A stretch of 55,290 nucleotides of DNA from an uncultured virus (IMG/VR IMGVR_UViG_3300023180_000023) (lineage: Duplodnaviria; Heunggongvirae; Uroviricota; Caudoviricetes): IMG/VR virus record IMGVR_UViG_3300023180_000023; one strand, given 5' to 3'. Of the stretch, positions 48,722 through 55,173 are shown in pieces (the first letter of the stretch is position 1; every line of letters starts with the position of its first letter). The notes beneath the pieces are model-generated. The model saw nothing but the letters and a program-made list of their open reading frames with translations. It was not told the origin of the DNA and searched no databases. The position numbers and the translations under genes were made by a program.

Positions 48722-49027
48722 TTAGAAGGTTCCTGCAAAGACATTGTAGGACCCTTGAGCAATTTTATCACCACAAGCGATGAAATCCCCAATCCTCCCA
48801 GGTGGTCTCATGTTGAAATACACATTTTTGGGTCCTTGTGAAATGGGTCTTACCGTGTGTGGCGGTGGGCAATTGCTACAGGGGCACGCATGTGGCGCAA
48901 ATTTATCGCCAATGCGCCCTGCAGGTATGAAATTTACGTAAATGTTTGCTGATCCTTGAGTAAGAGCACTCGGAGGATAGCAAATATGCCCTGTTGAGAG
49001 CGCACCGATGTAAGTACATCCTTTCAT
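48722..49027 (-). CDS. gp5.4: PAAR spike-tip protein gp5.4 (101 aa)
   Basis: GSANIYVN..PAGRIGD and NVYFN..PPGRIGD..ACG..IAQGS.NVFAG; His/Cys metal ligands. Confidence 0.9.
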   Translation of the reverse strand: MKGCTYIGALSTGHICYPPSALTQGSANIYVNFIPAGRIGDKFAPHACPCSNCPPPHTVRPISQGPKNVYFNMRPPGRIGDFIACGDKIAQGSYNVFAGTF

Positions 49028-49797
49028 AATAGTTTACTTGCCTTTGGATCTACAGTTCTATTTACCTGCCCTTTCACTTGCTGCATGAACATCTTGGCAG
49101 CAATGTCCTTATCATCATAAACGATCTGAGTGATAGGGAAGGTTCCTGCACCAATATTGCAAGAACTGGTAATGGATACCGTATAAGTAGCAATTACCAT
49201 AAACCTAGGATCAGGTTCATACTTGATATAATGATTTGGTGCTACAATCTCACCAATCATACCATTCGGTGCAAGTCCTGCAACGGGTGTACCATCCACT
49301 GGATTCAGAGCAGTCGTGTAGTTTAACGCTGTCTTTTGATTTAATGTAAAGTAATTTGCCTCATACGGTTGATTACTTTGACTCTCCTCCTCATAGATAC
49401 TCCCTACATCAGTTGCCTGGGTGTGACTAGTAGTATAACCAGTTGTATCATTACGATACACAAACTCCTTATTAGGAAACATATAGTCAGTATATGTCCC
49501 AGTTACAGTTAATGTCGCAACCTGATTTCCAAAATACGTACCATTTAAAGTCGCACCAGGAAATCCAGTCACAGACCCTGCTCCTGTTAATGTAATAACA
49601 AGTCCAGGATCTGCATTCATAGGACTCGGTGTGATCATTGGCGTGAAATTAGTCACACTCACAGTCCATATTTCTGGTGGTCCACTAGGAGGTGGACAAG
49701 TACTAAGTCCAGTCCATATTTGTGGTGTCCATATCACTGGTTGATGGACAATACTAGGTTGTGGTTGTACTGGTGTGTAAACTGTAGGTATTGGCAT
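49024..49797 (-). CDS. Hypothetical late protein (257 aa), paralog of 49797-51329
   Basis: Coupled to both neighbours; shares several motifs with the upstream 510-aa protein. Confidence 0.7.
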   Translation of the reverse strand: MPIPTVYTPVQPQPSIVHQPVIWTPQIWTGLSTCPPPSGPPEIWTVSVTNFTPMITPSPMNADPGLVITLTGAGSVTGFPGATLNGTYFGNQVATLTVTGTYTDYMFPNKEFVYRNDTTGYTTSHTQATDVGSIYEEESQSNQPYEANYFTLNQKTALNYTTALNPVDGTPVAGLAPNGMIGEIVAPNHYIKYEPDPRFMVIATYTVSITSSCNIGAGTFPITQIVYDDKDIAAKMFMQQVKGQVNRTVDPKASKLL

Positions 49798-51329
49798 TAC
49801 TGTAAATCTGCTCTGGGATCAACTACTTTATCACGGCGAAGTCCTCGCTCTTCAAGTACTTCCTCATATCTATCTAATCCTAACTTGTAATCATTCATTA
49901 CATTCTGTGTAATCTCAAATTCACCAGCACCAAAACTAGTACCTAACATACTTGGGCGATACTGAAATTCAATACTATTCGCATCAGTGTAATAAGTGTT
50001 ACCACTCGGTGGATCATCTATAATAATAAAACCACCCACTAATACAATCCAACTTACATCACCCACATACACTACATCACCTGCTACTACACTAGTACCA
50101 ACTGCATACTCAATACTATTTGGTCCCCCAGTTACTACACTAGTAACACTGAACCTATAAGTTACATCTAAATCAGTAATAGGATCTTGGTCATATTTTA
50201 AAATATTCACACCAAATGGTACTTCAACACTCAGATCTTTAATTACTCCAAATGGTCCAGTACCACTCTTATACTCCTGGGTAATCCTGTAAGCATCTAC
50301 AAATTCATTCGGATCAATTTGTAATTTCTTACTGGTCTCCGTTACTTCCTGCCTACCAGGATAATTCGGTAACCCTACTGTACTATCACCTACAAGTCCC
50401 TCCGCACTTGTCATTGTACCTTCCTGAGCACTCGGTACATCTCCAAAGTCAATCACACTTAAGGATTGACTCTCTACTTCATTCATAATAGTACTCGCAG
50501 GAATACCCTCAACAGATTCGTCATACGTCCGTTGATCCTCACTCTCAATTAAAAATGGTTGATGGTCAGGATTTGGTGTATACACTGCAGGATTCCCTGC
50601 ATCATCTGTCCTCTCATAATAATACTCCCAGGTGTCATATGGAAATAACCACTTCGTATACTTCCCCCTCACCTTGATCTTGATGGTCTCAGGATACGTC
50701 GCAGTCATACTAATCTGACTTAAATTAGTACTGTTACACTCTACCTCCGTTCCATTACTATGAATGAAAATAACCCTGATGTCTTCATCAATATAAGGTG
50801 CAGTTCCTAATACATTAGGCGTAAACTCCTCAAAGGTTACCGTGAAGGTCTCGGTCTCTACAATGGCACCTAATGGATTCGCAGGTGGATCATACGTAGG
50901 GTCTGGTCTTGATGGTCTCGTTCCCCTACTCGCCCAGTCAGGTTTGCCCTCGGCATCTGCTCCTAATGCCTCTAATGTAATCTCAATCCACTTATCCAAC
51001 CCCGTATCATCCTTCTCACCAATACTCTCGTTGATGTAGATGATCCTATCAGCAGGTGGCAAAGGATTTTCTTTCTGACTCTGCCAATTGTATGCATCAC
51101 TCCCGCCAGGATACGTAATGTACCCCTTATCTCCGAATTTTATCTGTTGCTTGAATGCACTTGTTGGTAAGTCATACAAACTAACATCAAATCCTGATGG
51201 TAATGTCGGAGTACTGGTCGAATCTAAAAAGGTCTCCGTTACCTTCGTCCCAAACTTGTACTCCTCAAATAATTTTGCATCCGCTCCACTCTCACCCATC
51301 CTCTCATATTGTGGTCCGTAATATGGCAT
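49797..51329 (-). CDS. Hypothetical acidic late protein (510 aa)
   Basis: Long ORF coupled by TAATG overlaps at both ends; downstream of the late promoter at 51532. Confidence 0.75.
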   Translation of the reverse strand: MPYYGPQYERMGESGADAKLFEEYKFGTKVTETFLDSTSTPTLPSGFDVSLYDLPTSAFKQQIKFGDKGYITYPGGSDAYNWQSQKENPLPPADRIIYINESIGEKDDTGLDKWIEITLEALGADAEGKPDWASRGTRPSRPDPTYDPPANPLGAIVETETFTVTFEEFTPNVLGTAPYIDEDIRVIFIHSNGTEVECNSTNLSQISMTATYPETIKIKVRGKYTKWLFPYDTWEYYYERTDDAGNPAVYTPNPDHQPFLIESEDQRTYDESVEGIPASTIMNEVESQSLSVIDFGDVPSAQEGTMTSAEGLVGDSTVGLPNYPGRQEVTETSKKLQIDPNEFVDAYRITQEYKSGTGPFGVIKDLSVEVPFGVNILKYDQDPITDLDVTYRFSVTSVVTGGPNSIEYAVGTSVVAGDVVYVGDVSWIVLVGGFIIIDDPPSGNTYYTDANSIEFQYRPSMLGTSFGAGEFEITQNVMNDYKLGLDRYEEVLEERGLRRDKVVDPRADLQ

Positions 51330-51487
51330 TATTCTTCGTGGTTCGTAAAGTTTAATACATAAAAGTCCTCGGCACCTTTGTAATCCCTAAAATAATACCT
51401 CTCACCATCAGGAGCATCTAAAGTAAATCTGTCAATCCAACTATCATAAGAGATCATTGGATACAATTCGTTAATGGGGGTTGTCAT
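51329..51487 (-). CDS. Hypothetical protein (52 aa); missed by the ORF track
   Basis: MTTPINELYPMISYDSWIDRFTLDAPDGERYYFRDYKGAEDFYVLNFTNHEE; TAATG overlap with the next gene; first ORF after a late promoter. Confidence 0.6.
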   Translation of the reverse strand: MTTPINELYPMISYDSWIDRFTLDAPDGERYYFRDYKGAEDFYVLNFTNHEE

Positions 51488-51531
51488 AAAAATTACTGGC
51501 GAAAAATTTTCTGAGAAAGGGGTCCCTTCGA

Positions 51532-51539
51532 TATTTATC
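51532..51539 (-). promoter_or_regulatory. Late promoter GATAAATA at the head of the structural module
   Basis: NATAAATA match 44 nt upstream of the ATG at 51487. Confidence 0.6.
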
Positions 51540-51666
51540 GGTCGTTGGGATACTTTTGTAGGTTAGGAGGGACCCTTGCATTTTAACCCGCAGCGGTTAG
51601 CTATATTTAAGGGCGCTAATCGCGGCGACTGCGTTATACAAACTCTCGGAGAGTTAGTGATAGATA

Positions 51667-51702
51667 GTGCCCCCACCAGTTAATTATACTTAGTGGGGGC
51701 AC
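51667..51702. repeat. 10-bp GC-rich inverted repeat GTGCCCCCAC/GTGGGGGCAC, possible terminator of the early array
   Basis: Perfect arms at 51667-51676 and 51693-51702 with a 16-nt AT-rich loop, 8 nt after the last early gene; no clear U-tract. Confidence 0.55.
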
Positions 51703-51710
51703 AGTTAGCA

Positions 51711-52001
51711 TCAGATAGTAATGGCAGAGTAGGTTACACCCTTAGCGTGTACACAGTACTCATTAATCCAGAAACCGAGGGACACAGTAGGCATCAGTTT
51801 CAGGGCAGCAATTGCACGGCGGGAGACACCACGATACAGGTAGGAATGACCGCTCTTGAATGTAACGATCACCGCTGCATTCTTGATGCTTGCCTGAATG
51901 CTACGGACGGCGCTGCTGCTACGCTCGGGGGTCTTGATCATCTCGATCGAGTCCATGTCCATGGACAGACGGGGGAGAGCGATGGGGGAGTTGACGGTCA
52001 T
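51711..52001 (-). CDS. KTSC-like domain protein (96 aa)
   Basis: SSSAVRSI...VIVTFKSGHSYLYRGVS...SLGFWINE matches the KTSC pattern SS.I..v.Y....L.V.F..G..Y.Y..Vp...S.G.f.N. Confidence 0.65.
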   Translation of the reverse strand: MTVNSPIALPRLSMDMDSIEMIKTPERSSSAVRSIQASIKNAAVIVTFKSGHSYLYRGVSRRAIAALKLMPTVSLGFWINEYCVHAKGVTYSAITI

Positions 52002-52071
52002 GGTCGGTTGGTTGAACTGAAGTCAGTATAGGCACGGGGTGCCCCCCCTGAGGGGGGCAGTGGACAGTTGC
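52002..52071 (-). promoter_or_regulatory. Early promoter module 1
   Basis: GCAACTGTCCAC-29nt-TATACT-GACTTCAGTTCAACCAACCGACC-ATG. Confidence 0.8.
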
Positions 52072-52263
52072 TCAGATGGCACTCGCCCCGACGCTTGCCC
52101 AGAATGCGAGACGCAGGGTGCTCGCTTTGGCGACCTGCTCAGCGGAGCGACCCATGGCACGGGCACCTGCCTTGAGGTCGTTGCGGGTCACGTCTGCCAT
52201 GCTGGTGGCACGCTTGCCAGTGATGACGTTGCGTGCTGCCTGCAGGGTCTGTTGCTTGGTCAT
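52072..52263 (-). CDS. Small basic early protein (63 aa)
   Basis: ORF lies exactly between promoter modules 2 and 1; ATG directly follows the conserved leader. Confidence 0.75.
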   Translation of the reverse strand: MTKQQTLQAARNVITGKRATSMADVTRNDLKAGARAMGRSAEQVAKASTLRLAFWASVGASAI

Positions 52264-52336
52264 GGTTCGTGGTTGGTTGAACTGAAGTCAGTATAGAGGG
52301 GGGAGGGGGCAGGTGCGCCCCCCAGTGGACAGTTGC
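52264..52336 (-). promoter_or_regulatory. Early promoter module 2
   Basis: GCAACTGTCCAC-29nt-TATACT-GACTTCAGTTCAACCAACCACGAACC-ATG. Confidence 0.8.
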
Positions 52337-52495
52337 TCAGGCGTCCGCCCAGTTCAGGGCGTCCTCGATCGCATCATCCAGATCCTGCAGGAGGGGTTCC
52401 AGTTCCTCAGCGTAGAGGTTGTAGTCCTCTTCAATCTGATCATAGAACAGGTCCTCAAGTTGGAGGTCTTGCAGGTAGGCGTCAGAGACAGGCAT
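52337..52495 (-). CDS. Very acidic early protein (52 aa); missed by the ORF track
   Basis: MPVSDAYLQDLQLEDLFYDQIEEDYNLYAEELEPLLQDLDDAIEDALNWADA; has its own promoter module. Confidence 0.8.
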   Translation of the reverse strand: MPVSDAYLQDLQLEDLFYDQIEEDYNLYAEELEPLLQDLDDAIEDALNWADA

Positions 52496-52566
52496 GGTTG
52501 GTGTCGTTGGTTGACTTGATCAGTATAGGCGGCAGGTATCTATCCTGCAGTGCCTAGGGGTCAGTT
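52496..52566 (-). promoter_or_regulatory. Early promoter module 3
   Basis: AACTGACCCC-29nt-TATACT-GATCAAGTCAACCAACGACACCAACC-ATG. Confidence 0.7.
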
Positions 52567-52686
52567 AGCGGAGCGGCACACCTGCTGGGTAGCAAGGGCG
52601 GCACCCGCTTTCACACCCTCTACCATGTAGTCCCCGATGAGCAGGGTGGCAGCGATGGTGATGGCGATGGCAGCGAAGCGTTGCAT
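52561..52686 (-). CDS. Small early peptide with an N-terminal hydrophobic segment (41 aa); missed by the ORF track
   Basis: MQRFAAIAITIAATLLIGDYMVEGVKAGAALATQQVCRSAN; ATG directly follows the conserved leader. Confidence 0.7.
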   Translation of the reverse strand: MQRFAAIAITIAATLLIGDYMVEGVKAGAALATQQVCRSAN

Positions 52687-52773
52687 GGTTCGTGGTTGGT
52701 TGAACTGAAGTCAGTATAGAGGCAGGATCGATCAGTGGCGATCGGAGATGTTCCACTCTCCCCACTGTCCACC
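52687..52773 (-). promoter_or_regulatory. Early promoter module 4 (upstream boxes lie inside the preceding CDS)
   Basis: GTGGACAGT...AGTGGAACA-30nt-TATACT-GACTTCAGTTCAACCAACCACGAACC-ATG; leader identical to module 2. Confidence 0.75.
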
Positions 52774-52902
52774 GTTCAGGTATGGGAACGGGCGACCCTC
52801 AGCGTGTGCCTGACGGTTGGCAGCGGAGCGTGCCTGCATGGTGTTGTACTGTTGAGTGTACGCTGCCATGATGGCGTTCAGGTCGGGTTTGGTCTTGGTC
52901 AT
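52732..52902 (-). CDS. Small early protein (56 aa) ending GQWGEWNISDRH; missed by the ORF track
   Basis: MTKTKPDLNAIMAAYTQQYNTMQARSAANRQAHAEGRPFPYLNGGQWGEWNISDRH; has its own promoter. Confidence 0.75.
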   Translation of the reverse strand: MTKTKPDLNAIMAAYTQQYNTMQARSAANRQAHAEGRPFPYLNGGQWGEWNISDRH

Positions 52903-52989
52903 TGGTCTGTGTCGTTTGAACTGATGTCAGTATAGGGGTCAGGCGACCATCTCGCCTGCCACTGTCGCCCACTTCACAGGGTGTCCACC
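52903..52989 (-). promoter_or_regulatory. Early promoter module 5
   Basis: GTGGACAC...AAGTGGGCGAC-29nt-TATACT-GACATCAGTTCAAACGACACAGACCA-ATG. Confidence 0.65.
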
Positions 52990-53142
52990 ATGGGGGATGC
53001 GCCAGATCACTTGATCCTCACCGCTAGTTGCCTCATGGCGACCCATACGGTAGGCGTGATCGATGTCGGTTGCCCATAGGCACCCCCACTGATCAAACGA
53101 TCCGAAGGAGGCAGGTTGGACAGCGAAGGTTGCTGTAGGCAT
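52939..53142 (-). CDS. Small early protein (67 aa; start moved from 53175 to 53142)
   Basis: MPTATFAVQPASFGSFD...; the track's longer start runs through the promoter -10 box. Confidence 0.75.
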   Translation of the reverse strand: MPTATFAVQPASFGSFDQWGCLWATDIDHAYRMGRHEATSGEDQVIWRIPHGGHPVKWATVAGEMVA

Positions 53143-53223
53143 GATCGTTGGTTGAACTGATGTCATTATAGGCACGGGTCAACCCCGCTTGCTGCCCTTG
53201 GTGGACGGTTTGCCAACTGGCAT
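53143..53223 (-). promoter_or_regulatory. Early promoter module 6
   Basis: TGCCAGTTGGCAAACCGTCCAC-30nt-TATAAT-GACATCAGTTCAACCAACGATC-ATG. Confidence 0.8.
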
Positions 53224-53364
53224 CGCCCAGGCAAGGGTTCTGCCTACTCTGTAGCAGGCAGATCGGTATGCTCTCTCACGAGTCGCAATGTATACCCCAG
53301 CAAGGAATGTAGAGGCGTCTGCCATTAGTTTGAGCATGACAAGTGCGATGATGATGTTGATCAT
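53179..53364 (-). CDS. Small early protein with a hydrophobic N-terminus (61 aa; start probably 53364)
   Basis: MINIIIALVMLKLMADASTFLAGVYIA...; fills the gap between neighbours. Confidence 0.55.
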   Translation of the reverse strand: MINIIIALVMLKLMADASTFLAGVYIATRERAYRSACYRVGRTLAWAMPVGKPSTKGSKRG

Positions 53365-53401
53365 TAGGAGCGTTTGAGTAGGGTATACATTGCAGGGGGA
53401 T

Positions 53402-54010
53402 TCACCCCACATTGTTCATCCTACGCCATGCCACCCATGTGATCGCTTGCATCTGAGCAGCACTATAATTAGTGCCCTCTAGGTTGTTGATAGTAACTGC
53501 TGCCTCACGGTAGGCATCAGAAACTGTTTTGTACAGTTTGTCACTGATAGCAGGAACTTCATTCAGTGAGGTATACAAACCCCGCCAGATGTTGAATGCG
53601 TGCCCATCCACAGTGATCTCATCACACTGCCCATCAGTGTAGATTCCCCTGAAGAATGCAATGGTTTTGTTACCCTTAAGGATGGCACAGATGTTCTCGG
53701 ATGAGTCAATCTCACACTCAAGAATTGTGATTGCCTTATCCTTATTGCCACCGAATGTGCAGACCTTAGGATAATCAAACCCCATGCAATATGCCTTGAT
53801 CATCTGCTCAGCGTCAAGGATATTGCGATCCCATTTGTTATTGGGAGAGAGTGCAGATACAACGCCCACAACTGTAGACAAGGGCAGGTTGTATTTGTCA
53901 CTCAATGCAACACAGATTGAGTGGGCATTGTTATACCAAACCGTTCCCTCTTGAGTGTCTACAGGCGTTGCCTGCATGTAGATAGAGAGAATGTTCTTGA
54001 TGTCAGGCAT
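53402..54010 (-). CDS. Helix-hairpin-helix DNA glycosylase-like protein (202 aa)
   Basis: WY...ALSP..KW..N; LKGNKTIAFF; ITVDGHA; QMQAITW. The order and spacing resemble the HhH-GPD superfamily. Confidence 0.6.
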   Translation of the reverse strand: MPDIKNILSIYMQATPVDTQEGTVWYNNAHSICVALSDKYNLPLSTVVGVVSALSPNNKWDRNILDAEQMIKAYCMGFDYPKVCTFGGNKDKAITILECEIDSSENICAILKGNKTIAFFRGIYTDGQCDEITVDGHAFNIWRGLYTSLNEVPAISDKLYKTVSDAYREAAVTINNLEGTNYSAAQMQAITWVAWRRMNNVG

Positions 54011-54092
54011 GGTGTGGTTGGTTGCCGATGAGATCAGTATAGGGCATGGGAGGGGGGCAGCAACCCCCCTTGTGACACTTAGCGAAGTGGCA
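54011..54092 (-). promoter_or_regulatory. Early promoter module 7
   Basis: TGCCACTTCGCTAAGTGTCACA-29nt-TATACT-GATCTCATCGGCAACCAACCACACC-ATG. Confidence 0.8.
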
Positions 54093-54405
54093 GCACCCCC
54101 TGCTCGTTAAGTATACCCCAGCACAGACCATCGTTATACAAACCAGCGTAGCGGTTGCCTACACTGAATCCGATAATCTCATCACCAGGGTATGCTTGAA
54201 AGTTCACTGCAAAGTATACCAAATTGGTGATCGATTCAGGGGTGGAAAAGTGTGCCTTACTGATGCGTTGGAAAATCACATGCATGATGGCAATTGTGTA
54301 GAGAATTGCAGTAACAAACTGTTCTTTGAGTTTGTTATAGTCAATGCGAGAGATTGCCTCGATCGCATCATCAATGGGAGGAAATGCAGCAGAGTGAGCG
54401 TACAT
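54079..54405 (-). CDS. Early hypothetical protein with a central hydrophobic helix (108 aa; start moved to 54405)
   Basis: MYAHSAAFPPIDDAIEAISRIDYNKL...FVTAILYTIAIMHVIF; ATG follows the TTCAATCAACCACGAACACCA leader. Confidence 0.7.
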   Translation of the reverse strand: MYAHSAAFPPIDDAIEAISRIDYNKLKEQFVTAILYTIAIMHVIFQRISKAHFSTPESITNLVYFAVNFQAYPGDEIIGFSVGNRYAGLYNDGLCWGILNEQGVLPLR

Positions 54406-54491
54406 TGGTGTTCGTGGTTGATTGAACTCCTGCATTCTAATCACGGCAGGGTTGACATCGGGGTGGACTGTAACATTCTGAAATATTACAG
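54406..54491 (-). promoter_or_regulatory. Early promoter module 8 (variant boxes)
   Basis: CTGTAATATTTCAGAATGTTACA-29nt-TAGAAT, then a C/A-rich leader. Confidence 0.6.
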
Positions 54492-54537
54492 TTTGTTACG
54501 GTTTGCCACGGTGTTCGCCCTGAGCATGTAGAATGTT

Positions 54538-54661
54538 GATAAGAATAAAACAGCACTGTTGTATTCTTTATAATCAGTGCTGTGTAATTCTTATTATACA
54601 CTGTTGTGTATAAAGAATACACTAAGAGTTAGTTATTCTTTATACTAACTCTTAGTGTATT
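54538..54661. repeat. AT-rich nest of overlapping inverted repeats
   Basis: Perfect IRs: 18 bp (54616-54633/54644-54661), 13 bp (54560-54572/54609-54621), 12 bp (54608-54619/54634-54645), 9 bp (54550-54558/54575-54583), 7 bp (54595-54601/54606-54612). Confidence 0.85.
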
Positions 54662-54665
54662 ATAA

Positions 54666-54839
54666 TTATTCTTCAATAAGATGAGGATAGAATTCTTCTA
54701 CCTCTTTAAGTAGTTCTTCATCACTAATCTTATCAAGATCTTCTTCCAAGTAATCATTAACAATATTTGTTAATGTTTTCATATCCATGTCATCAATCAT
54801 GCATGAAATGAGATTTTGTTGCAGTTCTTGACGATTCAT
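54666..54839 (-). CDS. Acidic small early protein (57 aa); missed by the ORF track
   Basis: MNRQELQQNLISCMIDDMDMKTLTNIVNDYLEEDLDKISDEELLKEVEEFYPHLIEE; resembles small cyanophage proteins ending EE(Y/F)YP.L.E (from memory). Confidence 0.75.
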   Translation of the reverse strand: MNRQELQQNLISCMIDDMDMKTLTNIVNDYLEEDLDKISDEELLKEVEEFYPHLIEE

Positions 54840-54922
54840 TTGTTTTTGTTGAAAGTGACAGAAACTGTTGGTTTTGAAGAAAAGTGATGGTTTTGGTGAG
54901 GTTCCCTCCCCTCCACCCCTTT

Positions 54923-54981
54923 AGTGTAGTCATGGAGGGGGGAGAAGTCAAGGGGGTGTGGTCACCCCCTCAGGTGTCACA
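54923..54981 (-). promoter_or_regulatory. Early promoter module 9 with a canonical -35
   Basis: TGTGACACC...GGTGACCAC, then TTGACT (54946-54951)-17nt-TACACT (54923-54928); box-to-(-10) distance is 29 nt. Confidence 0.75.
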
Positions 54982-55173
54982 TCAGAAGAGCATGTCTGCG
55001 ATCTGATCGATGATGCTGCCGTGATCAGCGATGTGGTGACCATCACGACGGATCTCAGCGTACCCGAACTCTTCTCCCAGATCATACATCAGATCGTAGG
55101 CACGGTCCAGATCCAGGACGGACTCGCTTTCATAGGGGGCGGAGGGGACCAGGACTTCGTAGCGGATGGACAT
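54982..55173 (-). CDS. Small acidic early protein (63 aa; start moved to 55173)
   Basis: MSIRYEVLVPSAPYESE...DLMYDLGEEFGYAEIR; ATG follows the promoter leader. Confidence 0.75.
   Translation of the reverse strand: MSIRYEVLVPSAPYESESVLDLDRAYDLMYDLGEEFGYAEIRRDGHHIADHGSIIDQIADMLF

Noticed and set aside
228..51321. Numerous short plus-strand and out-of-frame minus-strand ORFs in the track
   Set aside because: They lie within long, recognisable minus-strand genes and look like shadow ORFs of biased codon usage, with no promoter or RBS support.
51693..52935. Plus-strand ORFs and the 52565-52765 minus ORF in the early region
   Set aside because: They cross promoter modules; shorter minus-strand ORFs starting right after the conserved leaders explain the region better.
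54485..54502. RpaB HLR1-like direct repeat (TTAC at 10-nt spacing)
   Set aside because: Several mismatches to the HLR1 consensus; the adjacent TGTTACA sits at the 29-nt position of the early promoter box, which explains it more simply.
54437..54622. 61-aa minus-strand ORF through the AT-rich palindromes
   Set aside because: It runs through the inverted repeats and promoter module 8, has low-complexity composition and lacks a leader motif; probably non-coding.
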